A DNA stretch of 64,000 bases, from the NCBI GenBank assembly GCA_965202665.1, contig OZ241841.1, positions 64,001 to 128,000 on the forward strand. The letters run 5' to 3'. Position numbers and translations under genes: made by a program. Source of the DNA: Candidatus Spongiisociaceae bacterium. Lineage in GTDB: Bacteria > Actinomycetota > Acidimicrobiia > Spongiisociales > Spongiisociaceae. Of the stretch, positions 54,891-62,908 are shown in pieces. The notes under the pieces are model-generated. The model ran no database searches and had not been told where the DNA came from. It saw only the letters and a list, made by a program, of their open reading frames with translations. How positions within the stretch are numbered: the stretch's first letter is position 1; each line of letters opens with the position of its first letter.

Positions 54891-55075
54891 TGCCGTATCT
54901 TCCTTTCATAGCGGATATTGCTGACCGCATTTTACACTCCCGTTTAAATAAAGCAAACCGAAAAATCGGAATGGGGAAACAGCGGAGAATAACACCGCCC
55001 GAGACGGCCCTTTCCGGTGGGAAAACCGCCGGGAAAGAACAGAAAAACCCAACTCGGACAGCGGGGAACAATCGG

Positions 55076-55150
55076 TGGTGGGCGCTACAGGATTTGAACC
55101 TGTGACCTCTTCCGCGTCAAGGAAGCGCTCTTCCCCTGAGCTAAGCGCCC
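55076..55150 (-). tRNA. tRNA-Val(GAC)
   Basis: Cloverleaf; CTTCC-TTGACGC-GGAAG anticodon arm; CCA encoded. Confidence 0.97.
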
Positions 55151-55165
55151 GTATTTCCCCAGCCG

Positions 55166-55236
55166 AGGCGACGACCGGAATCGAACCGGTGTACCAGCTT
55201 TTGCAGAGCTGTGCCTAACCACTCGGCCACGTCGCC
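55166..55236 (-). tRNA. tRNA-Cys(GCA)
   Basis: GGCGACGTGGCCGAGTGG...CAGCT-CTGCAAA-AGCTG...GGTTCGATTCC; CCA not encoded. Confidence 0.96.
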
Positions 55237-55238
55237 CT

Positions 55239-55314
55239 TGGAGCGGAAGACGGGATTCGAACCCGCGACCTCAACCTTGGCAAGGTTGCGCTCTACCAAC
55301 TGAGCTACTTCCGC
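55239..55314 (-). tRNA. tRNA-Gly(GCC)
   Basis: GCGGAAGTAGCTCAGTTGG...CAACC-TTGCCAA-GGTTG...CTTCCGCTCCA. Confidence 0.97.
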
Positions 55315-55395
55315 ATTCAGCAACCGTCCAGCGGGGAAACAGTATAGCGACATTTTCAGTGTAGCGGGCGCGGAGGCGGACGCAACCAGGACCGC

Positions 55396-55827
55396 CTACC
55401 GCCCCGTGGAACCGAACCCGCCGTTCCCCCGCTCCGCCTCCCCCAACTCTTCTACTTCAATCACCTCCAGGGTGGTGGCCACCGCCAGCACCACCAGCTG
55501 GGCGATGCGATCTCCCCGCGCCACCGCGTACCGGTCCCGGCCGTGGTTGACCAAAATCACCTTCACCTCCCCCCGGTACCCGGAGTCGATCACCCCGGGG
55601 GAGTTGACCACCCCGATCCCGTACCGGGCGGCCAGCCCGCTGCGGGGAACCACCAGCCCGGCGTAGCCTTCGGGGACGGCCACCGCCACCCCGGTGCCCA
55701 CCACCGCCCGCTCCCCGGACTCGATCACCGTCTTAGCACTGGCGTACAGGTCCAAACCAGCGTCCCCGGGATGGGCCCGTCGCGGCGTGGGTAGTTGCCG
55801 ATCTGATTTCAGGATGCTAATCTGCAT
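55396..55827 (-). CDS. dut: dUTP diphosphatase
   Basis: GDAGLDL, PRSGLA, NSPGVIDSGYRGE, RIAQL, RGNGGFGSTG. Confidence 0.97.
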   Translation of the reverse strand: MQISILKSDRQLPTPRRAHPGDAGLDLYASAKTVIESGERAVVGTGVAVAVPEGYAGLVVPRSGLAARYGIGVVNSPGVIDSGYRGEVKVILVNHGRDRYAVARGDRIAQLVVLAVATTLEVIEVEELGEAERGNGGFGSTGR

Positions 55828-55913
55828 TGCTTCTATTACTAGCAAGCGACAGATCGGTAGAGCCGGTTGTCCGAAAAAAAAATTTAAGGCGGGGCTCTTG
55901 AGCCGGGCGGAGT

Positions 55914-57608
55914 ATGGCCGAAGGAGCTTTCCCCATCCCCCGAACCGAAACTTCGTCTCCGACATCCGCCGACCCCTCTGTCCCCCCCACCGGCAACACG
56001 GCCTTCGACAACGGATCCGGCAATGGAAAAGGCCGGCATCGGGCGTCCCGTTCTTGGACTCGCCACCACCCCCGGCACGCCCCGGACAAACGCAACGCGG
56101 TGGATTTCTTCCTCCCCTCCTGGCTCATGTCCCCCCGCCTGCCCGATGACCGCCCGACCGGCCCCGCCGCCAACGGAGACCCCGCCCCCGCAAAGATAAA
56201 AAAACCCCCGGCTTCAGCCAACGGAAAAAATACCGCAGGCCAGGATTCCGGAAACCGGGATACCGGCAGCTGGCCGGACCCGGCCCCCGCCCCGGACGGC
56301 CAACTGCCGCTAAACGCAACCGTCCCATCCGACCCCAACGGCGGCAAGCCCGCCCGCCGTCGGACCCCCCGACATAAGCATCCCTCCCCCAACGGAGCGG
56401 GCTCCCGCAACGGCAAAGGCGGCGCCCCCTCCTCCCGCAACGGGGCGAACGGCCGCCGAGCCCCCGCCCCAGCGGCGGTCTACGTCGACCACAGCGACCT
56501 GCTGCCCACCGCCCATCCCGCCGACGGGGGGATGCTGGCCACCCTGCTCGGCTTCGACGAACACCCGGCCCGCTTCGTCACCGCGGTGGGGGAAAACGGA
56601 TGGGAAAACCCGACCGCCCCCCAGTCGGCCTGGGACCTGTTGCCCTCCCTGGACGATGTGGCGCCCGACCAGGAGGCGCCGACCGGCCGGGACGGCAACA
56701 CCGGGGACGCCGTCAAACGACTGTGGGACGCCACCGAACAGATGGATCTCAGCCCCCGACGGAACCCCGACCATCTGCAACCGGTCGACCATCTGAACCG
56801 GAGGCGTATGCGCTGGCCGCTCATACTGGGGGTGCTGGTCATCCTCGCCGGAGGGGTTTTCGTGGGACGGGAACTGACCAGCCGCTCCACCCAGGCCGTT
56901 GCGGCCCGCCAAGCGGAACACGTCGCCGCCGCCGAAAAACTGGACTCCACCCTGCAGCCGTTGGAGTTGCGTTTGGCTTCCATCACCGCCCAGGGGGGGC
57001 TGGATGAAGCCGTCCTGTCCGGGTTGGCCGGCGAACTGGGGCGGCTGGACGGAGCGGCCCGCCAAACTTTGGCCTTGGCCGGCCAGGCCCTGCCCGACTC
57101 TCCTCTGCTGGGATCCTCGGCCCCCGCGGAAGAGTTAACCGCCGAGCAGGAAACTCTGGGGCGGGTCTCCACCCGGGCCCTGATCGTGGAACAGCGGCTG
57201 GCGGCAATGGTGGCCTACGCGCAACCTTACAGCCGGGCCTTCAACCTGCCGGCGATGCCGGAGCGGGCCGCCTCCTCCGCGGAGCTGGACGCCATCACCG
57301 GCGACCTCAACAGAGCCATCGTCGAATCCCGGGACGTCTTGGACGACCTGCCCGACAACCCCGACTTCACCGCCCATCGAAAGGATGCGCTGTCTTATAT
57401 GGCGCTGCTGGAAAACGGGCAAAGCGACTATGTGACCGCACTGCGCTCCGGAGACGAGGCGGGGGCGGGGGCCGCCGCCCGCAACATCGAACAACTGACC
57501 ATCACCCTCGACCAGTCGCTGGCCTGGCAACGGGGGCCGGTGCTGGAATGGGCGCAAGGGGAAATAGGCGACTTGCGCTCCCAGCTCCGTCTAACCGCCG
57601 CTGAATAA
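55914..57608 (+). CDS. Hypothetical bitopic membrane protein
   Basis: Long Pro/Gly/Asn-rich disordered N-terminus, single TM (WPLILGVLVILAGGVFVG), helical C-domain; start uncertain. Confidence 0.75.
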   Translation: MAEGAFPIPRTETSSPTSADPSVPPTGNTAFDNGSGNGKGRHRASRSWTRHHPRHAPDKRNAVDFFLPSWLMSPRLPDDRPTGPAANGDPAPAKIKKPPASANGKNTAGQDSGNRDTGSWPDPAPAPDGQLPLNATVPSDPNGGKPARRRTPRHKHPSPNGAGSRNGKGGAPSSRNGANGRRAPAPAAVYVDHSDLLPTAHPADGGMLATLLGFDEHPARFVTAVGENGWENPTAPQSAWDLLPSLDDVAPDQEAPTGRDGNTGDAVKRLWDATEQMDLSPRRNPDHLQPVDHLNRRRMRWPLILGVLVILAGGVFVGRELTSRSTQAVAARQAEHVAAAEKLDSTLQPLELRLASITAQGGLDEAVLSGLAGELGRLDGAARQTLALAGQALPDSPLLGSSAPAEELTAEQETLGRVSTRALIVEQRLAAMVAYAQPYSRAFNLPAMPERAASSAELDAITGDLNRAIVESRDVLDDLPDNPDFTAHRKDALSYMALLENGQSDYVTALRSGDEAGAGAAARNIEQLTITLDQSLAWQRGPVLEWAQGEIGDLRSQLRLTAAE

Positions 57609-57733
57609 TCCGCCCCGGCGGTTAGCCGAACCCCGGCGGCCCATTGTCCCCCGACGGCCGCGATACGCAGACGGCCGGGGAGAACCGACGATTGTTTAGT
57701 GAACAACCAACCCGCTCATCGCCGTCTCCGCGG

Positions 57734-58177
57734 TCATTGTTCACCCGCTTCATCCGCCGATTCGCCCGCGCCGTCCGACCAGGGAAACTCCCCGCCGAAT
57801 TCGCGGCCGACCATCTGATAGAATGCAGCGGTGGTTTCAGCGCTGGCCGTTATCTGGGTTATCACCGTCAGGTGCTGTTCGCTATAGGTCGCGATAACGG
57901 ATAACGCCAAATTGACCGGCTCCGGGATGGTGACGTCGTCCGATGCCCGAACAGCAGCCATCGCCGCGTTCACTCGCTTATTCGCCCGCCGGAGCCGCTT
58001 ATCCATCTTCCGGAATCGGCGCGCCGCTTCAGCAATATCGTCAACCAAATCGGCGCCTTCGGACAGTATCCCTGACTGCTCCCATGACCGCCGGCCCTCA
58101 TACAAGACGCCGTACGTATGACACCAGGCGGCTATTAGTTCAGCGACCAGCGGGTCCAACGGGTCAAACTCATTCAC
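57734..58177 (-). CDS. Hypothetical helical protein
   Basis: 147 aa, lower GC than core, GTG start overlapping the stop of an upstream small ORF. Confidence 0.65.
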   Translation of the reverse strand: MNEFDPLDPLVAELIAAWCHTYGVLYEGRRSWEQSGILSEGADLVDDIAEAARRFRKMDKRLRRANKRVNAAMAAVRASDDVTIPEPVNLALSVIATYSEQHLTVITQITASAETTAAFYQMVGREFGGEFPWSDGAGESADEAGEQ

Positions 58178-58299
58178 CAGGTCCGCCCATCATCATCGCC
58201 CCCCGTCGGGGGAATCGGAGCGGCCCAGTCGCCGTTACCTAACGGTTCGTATTGCCGGCCGGTGACCTCCCGCCGCCCCGTCGCTTTCTCGTCCGTCAT
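58174..58299 (-). CDS. Putative 41-aa protein (MTDEKATGRREVTGRQYEPLGNGDWAAPIPPTGGDDDGRTW)
   Basis: Hand translation; AAGGAA RBS; GTGA overlap with the next ORF. Confidence 0.45.
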   Translation of the reverse strand: MTDEKATGRREVTGRQYEPLGNGDWAAPIPPTGGDDDGRTW

Positions 58300-58364
58300 C
58301 GTTATCCGTTCCTTCCGATTTCCAAAACGGCCAACCCCGAACCGCCGCTGTCAATCTCATCTAT

Positions 58365-58410
58365 GCACCCGCCCAACTAAGAATAACCGCACCCGCCCCA
58401 CTAAGAATAA
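58365..58410. repeat. 22-bp direct repeat x2 (GCACCCGCCC[A/C]ACTAAGAATAA), period 24
   Basis: Copies at 58365-58386 and 58389-58410 with one mismatch. Confidence 0.9.
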
Positions 58411-58439
58411 TTCGACCCGGCCCGGCGGGGGGAGCCCGG

Positions 58440-58898
58440 TCACCCGCCGCGCACCGGGACGACGATTCGCTGGCCGGCCCGCAGGTTGGAGCCGGTCATG
58501 CCGTTGGCCTCCCGGATGTCCGCCGTCAGTGCGCGCAGGTCGCTCCCGCGGTCGGCGTATTCGGAGGCGATGGACCACAACGTGTCGGAGGGGGCCACCA
58601 CATGGGCGACGACGGTCGGCTCCGGCTCGTCGGCCCCCGCCCCCGCCTTCGCCGCCGCCAGCAGAGCCAGCAGGGCCAGCATCGCCGCCACCGCGCACGC
58701 CACCGCCCGCAGCCGCGCCGCCCGGCGTCCCCGGCGGGGCGCGCCCTTCGGCGAAGCGGGGCGGCGAGCCGGACGGACCGCCCGCACCGTCGGAACCGGG
58801 CCCAGCCGGTCGGCGGCGGTTTCCACCCGGCCCCGGACCCGACCCGGGTCATACCCCGCCCGGTAGGCCGCCGCGGAGGATCTGATCGAATTGTCCAT
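58440..58898 (-). CDS. Membrane-anchored LysM protein (YneA/ChiZ-like SOS division inhibitor)
   Basis: TM followed by LysM HVVAPSDTLWSIA..IREAN..LRAGQRIVVP; divergent from lexA. Confidence 0.85.
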   Translation of the reverse strand: MDNSIRSSAAAYRAGYDPGRVRGRVETAADRLGPVPTVRAVRPARRPASPKGAPRRGRRAARLRAVACAVAAMLALLALLAAAKAGAGADEPEPTVVAHVVAPSDTLWSIASEYADRGSDLRALTADIREANGMTGSNLRAGQRIVVPVRGG

Positions 58899-58946
58899 AA
58901 TGTTTTCCCTTCCTCTCTGCTTGTCGATCCTCTCTCCGCCCGTGGA

Positions 58947-59020
58947 GGAACATATGTTCGATTAGTTACATCCTCAGTATTACCGAACGCGTGTTCGGTG
59001 TCAAATCGAACATATGTTTG
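58947..59020. promoter_or_regulatory. Three LexA (SOS) boxes in the lexA/LysM divergent promoter
   Basis: GGAACATATGTTCG 58947-58960, CGAACGCGTGTTCG 58984-58997, CGAACATATGTTTG 59007-59020. Confidence 0.9.
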
Positions 59021-59075
59021 TAATCCGTTTAGGCGGCTGATAGAATGGGGACGACCCGAAACAGAAGGGAGCGCG

Positions 59076-59774
59076 ATGGAGCGCGGTAAAACGGCCAGCG
59101 GGGGCGGAATGTCCGGACGGGGCGGGCTCAGCCGCCGCCAGACGCAGGTGCTGGAACTGATCAGGGAAACGGTGGCCGAACGGGGATACCCGCCCACGGT
59201 GCGGGAGATCGGGGAGGAGCTGGGGTTGCGTTCCCCTTCCACCGTGCACAGCCACCTGTCGGCGCTGGAACGGGCGGGGGCCATCCGGCGGGACTCGACC
59301 AAACCGCGGGCCATCGCCGTGCTGGTAGGCGACGGACAGGGGGCCGGGGCGGAGCGGTCCGAACCGGGGCGGGAAGTGCCGCTGGTGGGACGGATCGCGG
59401 CCGGGGGTCCCATCTTGGCCGAAGAAAACCTGGAGGAGGTGATGACCCTGCCCGAGTCCCTAGTCGGATCGGGCGAACTGTTCATGCTGGAGGTGCGGGG
59501 CGACTCCATGATCGGAGCGGGCATCCTGGACGGGGATCTGGTGGTGGTGCGCAGCCAACCCGATGTGGAGGATGGGGACATCGCCGCTTTTCTGGTGGAC
59601 GGCGAAGAAGCGACCGTGAAAAGGCTGGAGCGCCGGGACGGACGGGTCATCCTGCATTCGGAGAACCCGGACTACCCGCCAATGGAATTCACCGACGGAG
59701 TGGAATCCCTAGGGCGGGTGGTAACCGTCCTACGCACCCTCCGCCCCAGCCGCACCCATCGCCGCGCCCTATAG
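59076..59774 (+). CDS. lexA: SOS repressor LexA
   Basis: GYPPTVREIG..GLRSPSTVH, GRIAAG cleavage site, VRGDSM, ATVK. Confidence 0.98.
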   Translation: MERGKTASGGGMSGRGGLSRRQTQVLELIRETVAERGYPPTVREIGEELGLRSPSTVHSHLSALERAGAIRRDSTKPRAIAVLVGDGQGAGAERSEPGREVPLVGRIAAGGPILAEENLEEVMTLPESLVGSGELFMLEVRGDSMIGAGILDGDLVVVRSQPDVEDGDIAAFLVDGEEATVKRLERRDGRVILHSENPDYPPMEFTDGVESLGRVVTVLRTLRPSRTHRRAL

Positions 59775-59810
59775 ACCTAAAGGTCCGTATAGAGAGTAGA
59801 AATGTTTCCC

Positions 59811-60080
59811 ATGAAGTACGGATACGTTCTGGAACCGGGCCAGCGGGGGCGGTGGTTCGCTTACGTGCCGGATCTTCCCGGATGCACCGCCGCCGGCAAG
59901 ACGGTGGAGAAGGCCGTCCGCAACATTGCCGGAGCGGTCCAGGTCTACATCGAGGCTCTGCGAGAAACCGGAGAACCGGTCCCGTCGCCCAGCCCGATGA
60001 TCGAGGCCTACCCGGAAACGGAACCCGGTTATCGGGTAGTCCAACCCGGGGATGCGACGTATCCTCCGTCTACTGGTTAA
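59811..60080 (+). CDS. HicB-family antitoxin (short form)
   Basis: YVPDLPGCTAAGKTVEKAVRNIAGAVQVYIEALRETGEPVP. Confidence 0.88.
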   Translation: MKYGYVLEPGQRGRWFAYVPDLPGCTAAGKTVEKAVRNIAGAVQVYIEALRETGEPVPSPSPMIEAYPETEPGYRVVQPGDATYPPSTG

Positions 60081-60231
60081 TCGGGTCTTTGCGTTTTGTG
60101 GTGGGGATAGGGGCTGTTGAGGGCGGTCGGTTTGCCCGGTGTGCGGGGCGGGTTGCCAGCGGGTACGGGGATATCGGCCGTAACGGGTACGGGATCTTCC
60201 GACCCGAGAACGGGAGACTGTGCTGACTAGG

Positions 60232-60605
60232 TGTACAAGGCCGGTAGGTTGGTTACAGTCTGGAGGTTGGTGGTTTGCCTCCGAGGCTGTAGTGGGGCCG
60301 GTAGTTGTGGTAGTAGTGGAGCCAGTGGCGGAGGGCTTGGTTTCGGGTTTGGTTGTCGGGCCAGGGTTGGGAGTTGGCCCATTTGGGTTTGAGGGTTTGG
60401 TTGTATCGTTCCACTTTGCCGTTCTGCTGGGGATGATACGGTTTGATCGTGATATGACGGATGCCGTGTTGGGCGAGCAGGGAAGCGAACGCTCGGCTGC
60501 GGGTGTAGCTGCGGTGGTTATTGGTCATGATCTCCGCGATGTGGGTGACGCCCAGTTGGTGGAAGTGGTGTATGGCGCGGGCGGTGAACGTCCTGGCCAA
60601 GTACA
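60232..60605 (-). mobile_element. Internally deleted IS481-family element (374 bp)
   Basis: Imperfect inverted repeats TGTACAAGGCCGGTAGGTT / TGTACTTGGCCAGGACGTT, flanks ACTAGG / GCTAGG; encodes only the integrase-core C-terminus (HPQQNGKVERYNQTL...YHNYRPHYSLGGKPP). Confidence 0.85.
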
Positions 60606-60781
60606 GCTAGGGTGCGACGGGGTGCCTGTTCCTGTCCAGGCAGGCCACGGCGGCCTGTCAGCTCTTGTCCTGATCTGGTCTGCGGCAAGAACCTGCCTGC
60701 GGACCATCCAGGCCTGTCTGGTGGCCTGTTCTGCCATCAGGAACGGCCCCTGCTCTCCCTGGTCTGGTTCGGGGTCAGGGG

Positions 60782-60970
60782 TCAGGACTGCCTTTTTGTG
60801 ATTTCCAGGCTTGCCTGACCACTGGTCATCCTGCTGGATTTCCGTCTGCTGACCCCTAATGTTTCCAGCAGTGCTATCTGCTTGTCTGTAGCAGGCAGGT
60901 TCATCCTGGTTTTGGCCTGCCTGCCGTGGATAGCCTTGTACACTTTCTTGACCTGCCTTTTTTTGCCCAT
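60782..60970 (-). CDS. Small basic hypothetical protein with PATxKQ...T..QAS..I motif
   Basis: MGKKRQVKK...PATDKQIALLETLG...MTSGQASLEI; AGGA upstream of ATG. Confidence 0.6.
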   Translation of the reverse strand: MGKKRQVKKVYKAIHGRQAKTRMNLPATDKQIALLETLGVSRRKSSRMTSGQASLEITKRQS

Positions 60971-61220
60971 GTCTGTGTCCTGTCCTGTCTGCTCTGCTCT
61001 AATGGTTATGGAATGTCCAGAGCAAGGCACAATACCCTGCCTGGACACAGAGGGGGCAGAACCAGGGATGGTCTGCCCGTTTCCAGGATAGCGAGTTCCA
61101 GATATTCCATTATTACAACCCGCAATGATGGACGGCAGGTTTCTGCCATCGTTCCAGACAGGCCTGAAATGTTCTGCCTGGAAATCCTGATATGTCAGAG
61201 CAGACAGGTTCTACTACCGA

Positions 61221-61994
61221 TTAATCCATCGCTATCGTTCCTCGGAACGCTGTTCGGGCGGGGCCGGTTAACCAGGCCCGTCCCTCTATTAGTTCCACCC
61301 GCAACGGGCCGCCCGGCAGTCGCACCGTGGCCATCGGATCGGCCAGTCCGCGGCTGACGGCGACGGCTACCGCGGCGGCGGCTCCGGTGCCGCACGCCCG
61401 GGTCTCCCCCGCTCCCCGCTCCCACACCCGCAACCGCAGTCCCGCGCCGTCCGGGTCGGGGGCTGCGAACCCGACGTTGACCCGGTCGGGGAAAGCCGGG
61501 TGGGTTTCCACCCGGGGGCCCACCTCCCCCACCGGGGCCCGTTCCGGGTCGTCCACCAGGGTCACCGCATGCGGGTTGCCCACCGACGCCAAAATGAACT
61601 CCCGCCCGTCGATGGTGATTTCGCCTTCCACCGCATACTCCCCCAACTCCACCCGGCACACCTCCGGACGTTCCGGGTCCGGGATTTGCGCCCGCCGCTC
61701 CCCCATCGGGGTTTCCACGATGAAATCGGCGCCCCCGGTCCATCCCCGCTGGTAGCCGTAGCGGGCTACGCAACGCAGGCCGTTGCCGCACATCTCGGCC
61801 GGCGACCCGTCGGCGTTCCAGTAGTCCATGCGCAGGGCGGCCGGCGGGCGGGAGGCGGGCCCCGCCAGCAGCACCCCGTCCGCCCCCACCCCGGTGCGGC
61901 GGTCGCACAGGCGGCGGATGGTCTCCCGGTCGGGGGGTTCCCCTTCCAGCACCACGAAATCGTTGCCGAGTCCCTCCATCTTCAGGAAATCCAC
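61221..61994 (-). CDS. dapF: Diaminopimelate epimerase
   Basis: KMEGLGNDF, GVGADG, NADGSPAEMCGNGLRC, GNPH, ERGAGETRACGTG. Confidence 0.97.
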   Translation of the reverse strand: MDFLKMEGLGNDFVVLEGEPPDRETIRRLCDRRTGVGADGVLLAGPASRPPAALRMDYWNADGSPAEMCGNGLRCVARYGYQRGWTGGADFIVETPMGERRAQIPDPERPEVCRVELGEYAVEGEITIDGREFILASVGNPHAVTLVDDPERAPVGEVGPRVETHPAFPDRVNVGFAAPDPDGAGLRLRVWERGAGETRACGTGAAAAVAVAVSRGLADPMATVRLPGGPLRVELIEGRAWLTGPARTAFRGTIAMD

Positions 61995-62908
61995 TGCGCC
62001 TCCGTTTCTTCTATCAACCGGCGGACGGACCGGCACATTCCGCCGACATCCTCCTCCCAGGGAAGCCATCGGATGCGGGGGTCGCGGCGGAAGAAGGTGC
62101 GCTGGCGGCGAGCCAAACCCATTGTGGCCGAAAGGGCCCGCTGTTGCCCTTCCCGTAACGGGATTTCCCCCCGCACCACCGGCAGGAGTTGTTTGTAGCC
62201 GACCGCCTGGGAGGCGTTGCGGCCCATCTTTCCGTCCAGGCCGGCCACTTCCTCCAGCAGTCCGGCCCGCAACATCCGCTCCAAGCGGGACTCCGCCCGC
62301 CCGGCCAGGGCCGGGCCGGGATCCAACCCCAGGGTCAGCAACGGGGCTCCACCCTGATAGTCCCGCACCTGCCGGGCGCTTTTCAGCCGGACGCGGCGGG
62401 AAGGAGGCGGGCCGCCCATTTTGACCACCTCCAAAGCGCGGCGCACCCGGCGGGGATTGGCCATGTCCAGATGCCGGGGCGCCTCCGGGTCGGCGGCCAG
62501 CAGTTCGGCCCGCGCCCGGTCGTCGGACAGTTCGTCCACCCGCCGTCTGATCTCCGGGTCGCCGGGGGGGAATTCCAGCGGGTCCGCCAAAGCCCGGAAG
62601 TAAAGCCCCGACCCCCCGGCCAAAATGAGACGCGCCCCCCGGCGTTGCGCATCCGCCATCACCCGCCTTCCCGCGGCTTGAAATTCGGCGACCGTGTAAT
62701 CCGTCTCCGGGGAGGCCAAATCCAGCAAATGATGGGGGATGCGGGCTTGATCGGCGGGGGCGGGTTTGGCGGTGCCGATGTCCATCCCCCGGTACACCTG
62801 CATGGAATCAACCGAGGCTATTTCCGCCCCGTATGCCTCCGCCAAACAGAGGGCCAGGTCGCTTTTGCCGGAGGCGGTGAGGCCGAGCAGGGCCACTGCC
62901 GGAATCAG
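61982..62908 (-). CDS. miaA: tRNA dimethylallyltransferase
   Basis: GLTASGKS, DSMQVYRGMDIGTAKP, GGSGLY, ARRQRTFF. Confidence 0.96.
   Translation of the reverse strand: MIPAVALLGLTASGKSDLALCLAEAYGAEIASVDSMQVYRGMDIGTAKPAPADQARIPHHLLDLASPETDYTVAEFQAAGRRVMADAQRRGARLILAGGSGLYFRALADPLEFPPGDPEIRRRVDELSDDRARAELLAADPEAPRHLDMANPRRVRRALEVVKMGGPPPSRRVRLKSARQVRDYQGGAPLLTLGLDPGPALAGRAESRLERMLRAGLLEEVAGLDGKMGRNASQAVGYKQLLPVVRGEIPLREGQQRALSATMGLARRQRTFFRRDPRIRWLPWEEDVGGMCRSVRRLIEETEAQWIS

Noticed and set aside
53541-55150. Genomic island bounded by the two similar tRNA-Val sequences
   Set aside because: Both are complete tRNAs with different anticodons, no integrase is present, and the enclosed genes look host-like
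55874-55882. A9 tract as a phase-variation switch
   Set aside because: Intergenic and short; more simply an AT-rich promoter element between dut and the divergent gene
58170-58200. Possible TGA-TGA readthrough or selenocysteine joining the 41-aa ORF to the 147-aa ORF
   Set aside because: The starts are 122 nt apart, so the ORFs are in different frames; the ATGATGATG run is read as GAT GAT GAT
58365-58410. Direct repeat as a mini CRISPR array
   Set aside because: Only two copies separated by 2 bp; no spacers or cas genes
60081-60231. HicA toxin remnant after hicB
   Set aside because: No GSH motif or plausible ORF found by inspection
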